A stretch of DNA of 64,000 nucleotides from Chrysemys picta bellii (lineage: Eukaryota): contig NC_088801.1 of the NCBI RefSeq assembly GCF_011386835.1, positions 1,860,001 to 1,924,000 on the forward strand. The letters are read 5' to 3'. A model generated the notes under the pieces. The model saw only the letters and a list, made by a program, of their open reading frames with translations, did not search any database and was not told the origin of the DNA. The position numbers and the translations under genes are program-made. Below are positions 10,691 through 21,042 of the stretch, piece after piece; position 1 is the stretch's first letter, and each line of letters starts with the position of its first letter.

Positions 10691-13600
10691 CTAGAACATG
10701 CTGCAGTCTGATGGCCTCGAACTCCGGCTCTGGGCCTGTAATGTGAACACACCAGGAGTGAGCAAGCGCCCCCCTGCCCCGCCCCCCCGCAGCACTCAGG
10801 GGCCTCCAGGGCAGGGATGGGGCAGACTGGCGAAACCGGCCTGGGGTTGCTGCAGTCATCCCAGGCCTCGCCCCAGCAGGGCTGAGCCCTCCCCTTGGAG
10901 CTGGCAGGGGCTCGGCTCCCCTAGCCCGTGGGGTCTCTGCACTGCGGGAGGTCAGGCCGCCCCCGGGGACAGTCCTGCCTCGGCTCACGTCAGCCTGGGA
11001 ACGGGGGTGCAGAGCTCCAGCCCCCGGTGCCGAGGAGTGGGGAAGAACCTGGTGAGAGCCGGGCCTCAGCACGGAGCCTCCAGCAGCTCAACTCAGCTCA
11101 CCTGCTGCTGCTGCCGCCTCTGGTACTCCTCCTCGCTCGCAGCAAGCGCCCGCGCCAAGGCCAGGTCCTCCTCCTCCTGCGCGCTGCTGGAGACAGCCTT
11201 GTTCAGGGCCGGGAGACCCCGCAGCCCAGCCGCCCCAGGGACAGCTCCCAGCAGCGGGGTACTGAGCCCAGCGAGGCTGGGGGCGCCTTGGGGACTTGGG
11301 GAGCCAGGCTGCAGGCGTCCCAGCTGGGACGGAGCCAGGAGAACCAGGCCGAGGCCTGTCCCAGAGACACCCCTCTCCCCCCACATACAGAACCCCTGGA
11401 ACCGGGCTCAAGAGGGCGCCACCTGCTGGACTGCACCACTCCCTGCAGCAGCCTGGCCCTTCCCAGTCTATTCCTGCCTATTCGTTGGCAAGATGCGAAG
11501 GGATCACAGCCCAGGCCAGTTAACGCACCTCGGCCCCTCCCCAGCCAGTCCCCTTCCGGGACAGGCCCCCACAATGGTGCCCTGTGCAGGCTCGTGGGGT
11601 GCGGTTCTCAGGTGAATGTCAGCGTGTCACATGCCCTACCCAGCACGCCCTGCTGCGCCAGCCCCGTACCGTACCTGAGCGCCCGTGCCGAGCCGGGCAC
11701 CGATTCTGCCAGGGACATCTCCAGGGCTCGCTGCAGTGCCTCCTCTTCGCTCTGAAACGAGAGTGGGGTGTGCCCACGGCACTGCCCGGCTTAGCCACCC
11801 CCTGGAGAGAGGGCAGGACCAAGCCCAGAGGTCACGTTGCGGGGGGGCAGTCCTACCCTGACCCCCAGCCATGGGGGGGGGGGTCTGGCCCCCTCCCACC
11901 CTAGGCCCAGCTGTAGGCCGGGGAGTCGGACACGGTCAGAGGGAAGGCGCCCGGATTCAGAGCCTCCCCCGCAGGGAACAGGCTCACCGAGCAGCTCCTG
12001 GCGCCCCTCTGGCCTGTGGCAAGGGGCTGCTGCTGTCGCACGGCTCCACGTTCACACAGCAGAGCGAGGGAGGCTCCAGCAGAGGCCAGGCCTGCCCTGG
12101 CTCTCACGTGCAGGCTCTGTCATAGGGTCACTGAGCCCATCGCCGAGCGCCAGCCCAGGCGTCCTGGGGAGCGCTGGGCCTGGTCCTGCCATGTAGGAGG
12201 TGGGTGACGGAGCTGGCTCCAGAACAGGGCTCCTGTGCCTGGCTCTCTGCCCCCTCTGGCGGGTACCTCACACTCAGGGTGTACAGCCGGGGAGCGAGGG
12301 CACCCGGTTCGCCGTGCCAGGGCACCCACTGGGCAAGGTTCGCGCCGGGCCACTCACCAGTCCATTCTGCAGCGCAACGGCTGGGGGCGAGGTGCTGCTG
12401 GGCTGCCGTGCCGCCATCACGCCGCCTCTGGGTGCAAGAGGAGGAGCAGGGTTAGTGCTAGCACGCGGAGCAGCTCGGGGGGCCAACACCCAGGCAGGGA
12501 GACACACACCCCGGCTCCGTGCCCCTCCCAGCAGGCCAAAGGGGTGTGCCAGCCCCCCAGGGTGGGCGGGGCAGATTTCGACACACCGGCTCTCTGGAGG
12601 GGCTGCTGGGTCTAGCCACCCGAGCCAGGCCCTGGGGGCGAGAGGAGGGGTCGGCATCATCCTACCTGCTTGGGGCTGGAGCAGGGGGGCTGGCTGCCGG
12701 CCTGGAAGCTCCTCTGCTTGACGTCCCGGCTGCCACAGAGGAGGATGCCTGGGCTCTCGCGACCGCAGCATGTCTGCGACAGACACCGTCCGTCAGTAAC
12801 AGCTTCCCCTGAGGCCCCCCCCCCAGCAGAGCCCTCTGTCTCTGCATCCCTGGAGGTCCCCCGCCCCTCCCTCGGGTACTCAGCCCCAGCTGTGTGCCCT
12901 GAATCCTTCCTGCTGTCCTGTGTGCTCCCTCACCCCCTGCTCTCTGTGCAGTCACTCAGTGCCACGCGCCCCTCGGGCAGACCCGCTACGAACAGCAGGA
13001 GCGGCGGACGTGCTAGCGGCTTGCACCGCAGACCAGCGTCAAGGGATGGGGCACTTACTCCTCTGTACCTTGCGGCTGCAGCCCTGCAAGGGGGTCGCCT
13101 GGCACCAGAACGCAGACCCAGCCAGCGCGGCGCGGGGTGTGTGGAGCCGGGGCGCCCGGGGCAGACCCAGCCGGCGCGGGGCGGGGTGTGTGGAGCCGGG
13201 GCGCCCGGGGCAGACCCAGCCGGCGCGGCGCGGGGCGGGGTGTGTGGAGCCGGGGCGCCCGGAGCAGACCCAGCCGGCGTGGGGTGCGTGTGTGGAACCA
13301 GGGCACCCGGAGCAGACCCAGCCGGCACAGGGCAGGGTCCGTGTGTGGAGCCGGGGCGCCCGGGGCAGACCCAGCCGGCGCGGGGCGGGGTGGGGGGTGG
13401 AGCTGGGGCGTCTGGGGCAGACCCAGCCGGCGCAGGGCGGGGTGTGTGTGTGGAGCCGGGGCGCCCGGAGCAGACCCAGCCGGGGCGGGGGGCGTGGAGC
13501 CGGGGCGTCCGGGGCAGACCCAGCTGGCGCGGGGCGGGGCGGGGGGTGGAGCTGGGGTGCCCAGAGCAGGCCCAGCCAGCATGGAAGAGGCGGGTATGTG

Positions 13601-16600
13601 GGGGGGGGGGGGGGAGCTGGGACACGAGGCAGCGTGAGCGCAGATTATGCAGTTCTCCTGTCATCACCACTGTGGCGGGCATGGCTCTGCCCTGGCGAAG
13701 CACTTCCCCCCCCCACCACCGTCCGTTACCCGGCTCTGGAGAGGGGGCGCCCCACCCCATTGCAGTCGTGATCCAGGGGGTGCCGGTGCTTGAGGCAGAA
13801 GTTCCCGTGGCACTGGTCACAGATCACCTTCATCATCTCCCTCTGCTTGCAGCCAGGCTTCAGACACTTATTGGTGAAAATCTAACCAGAGACAAGGCAC
13901 CCGGTGAGCAGCTGTGAGCTCGCGGCCGTCCCCGACCGGCACGGAGCAGCCCAGCAGCAGAGTCCGGCCCCACTATGGGGTCACTACGCGGCCGGAGCCC
14001 TGGCAACGTACGTTCCAGGAGCTCCAACGCCAGCAGCAAGGCTGGGTCAGACCCCAGGTCTCCGAGTCCCAGCTCCAGCCCCCAGCCCCCAGCCACGCTG
14101 CTCTCTGGGGAATTCAGATCTAGCGCCAGGGTGGCTGGCAGAGACCAAGTGCTGCAGCACGAAGGGGCTTTGCCAGCTTGTAGATTCACGGGGGTAAGGC
14201 CGGAAGAGCTCACTTTGCCCCCCTCATCTGACCTGCGTGGCACAGGCCAGAGCGCCGCACGCTGGCACTCCCACAGCGAGGACCTGTCCTCTCCTATGCC
14301 GTACGGGGCACTACAGAGCGCAGCAGCTTGTGGCTGAATTGGGGTGGGTCCAGGCTCCTGTCACGGCCTCCAAGGGACGGTGGTTCCCATGGCAAATCGC
14401 CCCCCCGGGGGGAAAGTTGCTACTTCAAAACAAGATGCACTTTAGCTTCCATTAGATTTTGTGACGCCTCCCTCAGTTCCTCTCACAGCAGCAGCACCCC
14501 AGGCCCTGCTGTTCCAGGCCTGGGCTCCCTGCACCCAGCTCTCCTGGTATCCCCCAATCCCAACCCACAGCCCCCCACAGCTATTCCAGGCCTGGACACT
14601 GCCTGCCCCCCCCTCCTGATTTCCAGCCCCCAGCATTTCCATCCAGACCGTGCTGCAACCTGCTACTCATGTGGTTCAGCCCAATGCCCACTGGGGAGTC
14701 AGCGGAGAACAGCAGACTTGGCTCAATGCGCCCGGGCAGCATCGGCGAGTGCCAACCGGAGACCCCCCCTCCAAGCCCCGGAGGCACAGGCCCCTAGGCC
14801 AGGCGGAAGCGAGGTCGCAGCCTCCTACCTTGCGCTTGCGCTGGGCGGGGTCGGATTTGCAGTCTCGGTCGATGTGCTGCCCCACCACCACATCAGGCAT
14901 CTCCCCCTTTCGGACAGGGATGGGGATGTTGCAGAGGGGCACACGGGGACCTGCACGTCCTGTAACACAGCAGAGGCCAGGCTGAACACGCTCCCCAGGC
15001 CTGTCTGGGCCGTGCCGTTCGCCCCAGGGGCAGGAGCTGCCTTGCAGATGATGGTTCTCTCGTGATATTTTCTAACCCTTCGGATTATTTCTGCCTTTGC
15101 TAAGCAAGCAGTCTGGGGGCCCAGGCACACCCTGGGAACGCTGGCAGCTTGTGCTCGGGGCCAGGGAAAGAACAGGTGTTAAAGTGCAAAGGACGGTTCT
15201 GACCATCCTGAGCCCCTGCACACCACAGGCCACAGAACCGCACCCAGCCACGTGAGCGGAGCTAGGACGGAGCCTGCAGAGCAGCTGCCAGGCTTGGGTT
15301 AAAGCCGCTACCCCGTCCCTTGTGAACCGCAGCTCAGGCCTGGGCTGCATGGAGGAGTGACACTAAACGCCCAGGGTGTACAAACCCAGAGCCAAACACC
15401 GCAGCCACATCGCCCGAGGGAGCTCCAGCGAGGTCAAGGAAAGAATGCTGTGGGGGGGGGAATGGAAAACCCCTTCCGCTGCTGGATGCTGCCTCTACTC
15501 TCTAGGGTCACAGCTAAACCCCACAGCTTTACGGGTCACGCCCCCGGCCTGAGACCAGCGCCCCCCCGGAGCCCCTCTGCTGAGTGTGGCCTCGTGGGCA
15601 GCGCTCTGAGCCAAGCCCGTGCGAATTAGTTCGGCAGAGATGACGTGGCCACGTGCACTAGCCCTGCTGTGATCCCTCCGTCCCCGAGCGTTGGGGTTCT
15701 AGAAACCGTTCAGCTGGCCTGGCAGACGTCGCCACCTCGTGTTCTCCACCCCACCGCTGGGCTTGGCTGCGGGAGGATCGCCACAAGGATTCCAGGGCCG
15801 CCCAGTGCCCTACTGTCACTGGCCATGCTCGCCTCGCTCTCGGGCTAGCCAGACAGAGCTACACCTCAGGCAGCCCCATGGCTCCACCTGCCCCTCTCGT
15901 CCCAGGCTTAACTTGCACATGTGGGGTCTGATCCTGAGGTTTCGCCGGGAGCTGCCAGGTAGTCCCAACTCCGCTGGGAGCACGGTGCTAGGAGCCACCC
16001 CCAGCCACCGCTCCCCACTTACCTTCTTGTAGGCAGAGGTGCACTGGTGCTGGGTGTAGGTGATGTGGTCGGTGCAGAATATCTGCTCGCACGCGTCGCA
16101 CTTCAGAGGGAGAAAGTCTGGCAAGACAGGAGAGACAGCAGGCAGGTGAGGGGCCAAGGAGTCGGCGCTTCCCACTGCACAGCCCAGGGGCCAGCCCAGC
16201 CACGCACTGCCTGGGACAGCCAGCCTGCAGGGGCACAGGGCTGCAGCAACTGACAGACTGAGCCATTCCAGACTACCGCTCCCAGCATGCACCGCTGCAG
16301 CTTAAAAACAAACCCCACCTTTATGGCCTACGCAAAACGTTTGTAGCTTTTCAAATTTGTTTAATTGATCCGGAGTATTTCCTAGCAAGCCAAAGGGACC
16401 GCTTCTTCAGGGATGCCAAGGACTCAACCCCGAAACAGTCACCACGGTAGGAGAGACAGCAAGAGACTCTTGACAACGAGGGTTTGTAACCTCAGTGCCC
16501 GCCCTTCCCCTCCCCATGAGGAGACTAATGATGCCAGTCACTGAAATCCGAAGGGGGAACCGACCGAAGAGAAGCAGCAATGGGATCTGCAGGTCTCTGT

Positions 16601-17844
16601 GCAGGAGACAAGCCATTGAGAAATCAGTACACAGCACCCGTGAGCAGTACGAGCGAGAGGAGAGAGCAAAACTGAGCCAGCTCCCGCAGCACAAGCGATC
16701 CCACCCCACAGCGAGCTCTGGGACACAGCCAGGTGCCATGGGAGCAAGCCCTGGACTGGCCAGTTAGCACCCGTGGACAGCCATTGCACGTTCTCTTTGG
16801 CAGGGAGACCCCAGACACTAAGGTGGAACTTCTGCTCCTCACACGCACTTGACAAGCTGTGCGGCTGAAGCGCTCTGGCACGTGACGATGCTCAGCACTT
16901 GCTTGCCGACCATCACCTAACAAGCCCTAGAGGGACCGGGACACCGTGCGCAGGAATCAGACTGATCATTTGTCTGGTCCCCACCATCCTCCAACAGTCT
17001 GAACACTTGGGACACAGCCCACAAGAGAGACACGTGGGTAACACACAAGGGCTGTGGCTGGTTCGTCAGCATCAGACCACTCCTGAGAAAGACACTTGTT
17101 TACCGGCTTTGAGGTGGGCATGCCAACATCTCCAGCTCCCCAGGCACGAAGGGCTCCAATCACCCCCTGCTCCCCTAGGGGGTTGCAGTCTGACTGGACT
17201 GCATGGGTCGCTGCCCCTCGCTCCCACCCCAGAACGCACTGCGCCCCTCACTGTAACAAAGCACGGGGCCCACAGTCTGTCAGGAGGATTTAAGCACTAA
17301 GGCACCAAGTAAGCAAAGGAACGTGATTTAGAAAGTCACGGCTACTGCACCACAAATCATACACATGATCCCAACACCACTGCAGAGAGTGCACCCCCGC
17401 TGCAGGTCCCCGAGCCGCCAGCTACAACGGCAAACTCCTTGGGGAGTTCAGTGAGCTGCAAAACCTGCACAAGCACAACGCGCCGTAAACAGCGGCAGCA
17501 TATTTCACAGTCACACCAAGACAGGGCGGTCCTGCAACTGGCACAAGGCCCCAGGGCAAGTCAGTGGCAGGGCTAAGGAGAGAACCCAGGAGTCCTGGCT
17601 CCCAACCCCCCTGCTCTAATCACTAGACCCCCCTCCCAGGGTGGGGGAGAGAACCCAGGAGTCCTGGCTCCCAGCCCCTCCCACTCCTCTCTCAGAGCTG
17701 GGAGAGAACCCAGGAGTTCGGGGGCAGAGGTGTCCAAGGGGAGGCAAGTGGTTCCAGGCTCTGCCCCACCAGCAGGCTCAGGGCCTCACCCAGGCGCTTG
17801 CAGGTCGGCTCGGAGCAGTGCGCGCCCAGGTCTGGGAACTCCAT
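10691..17844 (-). CDS. ZFAND2B: AN1-type zinc finger protein 2B (AIRAPL); apparent 1-nt deletion in coding exon 3
   Basis: Coding exons 17844-17790 (MEFPDLGAHCSEPTCKRL), 16117-16023 (DFLPLKCDACEQIFC), 14959-14829 (131 nt, one short), 13881-13730 (IFTNKC...KHRHPLDHDC), 12773-12666, 12427-12358, 11751-11675 (UIM-like SEEEALQRALEMSL), 11186-11102 (UIM-like EEEDLALARALAAS), 10735-10691 (AQSRSSRPSDCSMF*). Kozak context gccgccATGg. Total is 818 nt, not a multiple of 3. Confidence 0.95.
11416..11429 (-). promoter_or_regulatory. CTCF consensus match CCAGCAGGTGGCGC in ZFAND2B intron
   Basis: Exact match to the CCASYAGRKGGCRS consensus. Motif only, no binding evidence. Confidence 0.45.
13130..13565. 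repeat. ~48-bp minisatellite in ZFAND2B intron
   Basis: Repeated gtgtggagccggggcgcccggggcagacccagccggcg. Confidence 0.9.
17575..17725 (-). mobile_element. Tandem tRNA-derived (MIR/CORE-SINE-like) head fragments
   Basis: Minus strand reads GGTCTAGTGATTAGAGC...GGGAGCCAGGACTCCTGGGTTCTCTCC (A-box and B-box-like). The B-box part occurs three times. Confidence 0.6.
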
Positions 17845-17899
17845 GGCGGCGGGGCCGGCACCGGGTCCCCTGCAGCAGCGAGAGGGAGAGAGTGAGTGG

Positions 17900-18770
17900 G
17901 GCGGGAGGATGGGCACCTACTGGGGGTTGGGGGGCAGCTATGGGGTGGGGTACCCAGTTATGGGGCAGGATGGGGGCACCCAGGGGGTGGGGGGGCGGGA
18001 CAATGGGCACCCAATGGGGGTGGGGGGGCAGCTATAGGACGGGACACCCAGCTATGGGGCAGGGGGACGGGCACCTACTGGGGGTTAGGGGGAAAGCTAT
18101 GGGGCAGGATGGGGGCAAAGGCACGGGGCAGGCACCCACTGGGGGTTGGGGGAAAGCTATGGGGCAGGGCAGGGGGCAGGATGGGGGCACCCAGAGGATG
18201 GGGGGCAGCTATAGGGCTGGAAGGGGTTCGGGGGGCGGGGCACCCAGCTATGAGGCGGGGAGATGGGCACCCACTGGGAGTTGGGGGGCAGCTATGGGGC
18301 GGGACACCCAGCTATGGGAGTTGGGGGAAAGCTATAGGGCGGGGGGCACCCACTGGGGGTTGGGGGGAAAGCTATGGGGCAGGGCGGGGGGTACCCAGGG
18401 GGTGGGGGCACCCGGCAGGGGGGCGGGACAATGGGCACCCACTGGGAGTTGGGGGGCAGCTATGGGGCGGGACACCCAGCTATGGGGGTTGGGGGAAAGC
18501 TATGGGGCGGGGGGCACCCACTGGGGGTTGGGGGGAAAGCTATGGGGCAGGGCGGGGGGTACCCAGGGGGTGGGGGCACCCGGCAGGGGGGCGGGACAAT
18601 GGGCACCCACTGGGAGTTGGGGGGCAGCTATGGGGCGGGGGGCACCCACTGGGGGGTGGGGGGCAGGATGGGGGCACCCAGGGGGTGGGGGGCGGGACAA
18701 TGGGCAGCTATGGGGCTGGGAGGGGCTCGGGGGGCGGGGCACCCAGCTATGGGGCTGGGGGGGGGCGGGG
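17900..18770. repeat. G-rich minisatellite filling the ZFAND2B 5'-UTR intron
   Basis: Repeated gctatggggc and gggcacccactgggggttggg modules between a minus-strand donor at 18779 and acceptor at 17870. Confidence 0.9.
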
Positions 18771-18779
18771 CGAACCCAC

Positions 18780-19030
18780 CCGGCGGCCGATGTGGGCCCG
18801 ACCCCGCCTGAGCCCGGACTCGCTCCTACTTCCGCGGGGCGGACGCGCAGACGCGATGACGTCAGCGGTACGCAACAACGCGTCCGCTCCCGGCGCTGAG
18901 CGGGTGGGCGGGGCTAGGGGCAGCGGGCTCCCTGGCCTCGCCCCGGGTCCTAGCGCCCGCCGCTCTTCGCCCCGCCCGGCAGCGCTGAGCCCAGCTGCTG
19001 GGGGCGCGGAAGGGGGGACTCGAGACCCCT
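18780..19030 (-). promoter_or_regulatory. ZFAND2B CpG-rich promoter and non-coding first exon
   Basis: CpG-dense. Palindromic CRE TGACGTCA at 18857-18864, ETS-type CGGAAG on minus at 18829-18834, and donor GG|GTGGGT after 18780. Confidence 0.65.
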
Positions 19031-19087
19031 TGTCACAGAGACCAAAGCCGGGCGGGACCAGCCTGGCCCGGCTAGGGAACGTCCCTT

Positions 19088-19800
19088 CAGTCCAAAGCAG
19101 AGTGCGAAGAGCTACAAAGGGATCTCACAGAACTGGGTGACTGGGCACCAGAATGGCAGATGAAATTCAATGTTGATAAATGCAAAGTAATGCACATTGG
19201 AAAACACAATCCCAACTATACATATACAACGATGGAGTCTAAATTAGAAACAAACATTAATAGGGTGTGGAACAGCTTCCAGATGAGGAGAGATTAAAAA
19301 GACTGGGACTGTTCAGTTTAGAAAAGGGACAACTAAGAGGGGGTATGGTAGAGGTCTACAAATCATGAACGGGGTGCGGAAAAAGTGAACAGGGGAGTGT
19401 TATTCACCCCTTCACCTAACACAAGAACCAGGGGTCACTTGATTAAATTAACCAGCAGCAGGTTTACAATAAACATAAGGGAGTATTTCTTCACACAACA
19501 CAGAGTCAACCTGTGGAACTCATTGCCAGGGGATGCTGCGAAGGCCAAAACTGTAACTGGTTTTAAAAAAGAATTAGATCAATTCATGGAGGATGGTCCA
19601 GCAATGGCTAGGGACAAACCCCCTGCTCTGAGTGTCCCTAAACCTCTGACTGCAAGAAGCTGGCTCTGGTTGACAAGGAATGGATCTCTTGCTAAATGCC
19701 CTGTTTATTCCCTCTGAAGCGTCTGACACTGGCCACTACCAGGGACAGGACACGGGCTAGATGGACCATTGGTCTGACCCAGTATTGCTGTTCTTGTTCA
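19088..19800 (+). mobile_element. CR1 LINE 3' fragment (end of ORF2 plus 3' UTR), degenerate
   Basis: Encodes CR1-type ...WQMKFNVDKCKVMHIG... and TRGH.KL...RF...[17 protein letters not shown]; ends with the CR1 tail atggaccattggtctgacccagtat. Confidence 0.92.
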
Positions 19801-19939
19801 CCTGATAGTAAATTAATCTAGACCGCATTTCCCTTGTTTGTGTCTAAGAACATGGGACTGTGTCGAGACTTACTGACATCAAAACATGATGTCCGCTGCT
19901 TCCCCCCTCCCCTAAGCCTGTATCCTGTCAAAGAAGGAA

Positions 19940-20170
19940 ATCAAGGTAGCTTGGCATACTTTGTTCTAGACAAAGCCATGCTGACTATTCCTTCTAAACC
20001 GGTTAGCCTCAAGGTGCATACAAACTGTTCATCATTTGTTCCAGGATCTCTCCAGGTATCAAAGTCAGGCGGACTGGTCTATAAGCCCCAGGTCCTCTTT
20101 GTTCCACTTTTTAAAGAGGGGGCTATGGCTGCCCTTCTCCAGTCCTGAAGAGACCTGTTCTTGCCCTAAT
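19940..20170 (-). mobile_element. Older CR1 reverse-transcriptase-region relic
   Basis: aaagtcaggcggactggtctataagccccaggtcctctttgttccactttttaaaga resembles the antisense of CR1 ORF2 (recalled consensus). Confidence 0.55.
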
Positions 20171-20435
20171 CTCTCAGCAGGCCACCATCAGAGCTAGTAG
20201 AATCCAGGTCACCTGGGTCCCACCCCCCCTCTACCGCTGTAAGTTAACTAGCCAGGTTCCCTTAGCTGCAAGGGGAGAGGGCTGCAGTACTGGAGTCTGA
20301 TCCCATCAGCTCTAGCCTTGCTCCTGCCTGTGCCCAGCAGGCCCAGGGCCCAGATTCCAGACAGTAACAGCTGTCCTGGGGATTTCCTGGCCAGCAGAGG
20401 TCAAAGACTGGGGAGGTGTCAGTAAAGGAGGGACT

Positions 20436-20559
20436 TGGGGTGACCAGACAGCAAGTGTGAAAAATCAGGACAGGGGGTGGGGGGTAATAGGAGCTTATAT
20501 AAGAAAAAGACCCCAAAATTGGGACTGTCCCTATAAAATCGGGACATCTGGTCACCCTA
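20436..20559. mobile_element. 124-bp hAT-family MITE
   Basis: TIRs tggggtgaccaga / tctggtcacccta; perfect 8-bp TSD GAGGGACT at 20428-20435 and 20560-20567. Confidence 0.9.
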
Positions 20560-21036
20560 GAGGGACTTGACACTAGAGCATCTTAGGCCACTGCAGAGTA
20601 GAGGCTGCCGAGGTTTCCAAGAAGAGCGATGCTGAACGGACAGCCAGAGACATCAAAGTCACAGCTGTGAGTCCTCCATATTCACCCATCTCCTCATTGT
20701 CATTGCAACAACTCTGCAAGGCTGCTGGCTGAGCAACTGCACCAGACAGGGGGTTTTCCGAGCATGAGTGAGCTGGGCAGGAGAGGAGAATCCAAGCTGG
20801 CAGCCAGCCGGCTCTGCCCCACCCCAACACGTTACCTCCCTCGGGGGGCCTGCTCACACCACCCGGCAGCTGATCCGAGCCTCGCTGCTAGCTCTGCTCT
20901 GCATGTACAGACATCTCCCGCCAGGGTGAAAAGAAGTGATTTCTCCCCCCATGCCTGGCACTGAATGTCAGACTGGCACCCCACACGAGGAGAGCAAGAC
21001 AAGCTAGAAAGACTCCATCACATACAGCCAACAAAC

Positions 21037-21042
21037 TTTATT
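21037..21042 (-). terminator. Polyadenylation signal AATAAA, probably for RETREG2 (about 3.3-kb 3' UTR)
   Basis: tttatt on plus, next to a stretch that is A/T-rich on the minus strand, downstream of the RETREG2 stop. Confidence 0.6.

Noticed and set aside
12670-13917. 415-aa and overlapping ORFs in ZFAND2B intron; also 17730-19140
   Set aside because: GC-rich minisatellite artefacts lying antisense to real exons.
16400-16915. Possible C/D-box sno/scaRNA in a ZFAND2B intron (GTGATG...CTGA on minus)
   Set aside because: The C box is imperfect, the terminal stem is weak, and I could not match the putative guide to any rRNA or snRNA I recall.
16624-16923. ORF with FSRTACQVRVR resembling a Harbinger Myb/SANT motif
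   Set aside because: The similarity covers only a few residues, with no conserved Trp pattern and no TIRs.
19385-19717. CR1-derived ORFs (also 28165-28443 and 38385-38633) as host genes
   Set aside because: They are 5'-truncated, frameshifted ends of CR1 ORF2, not independent genes.
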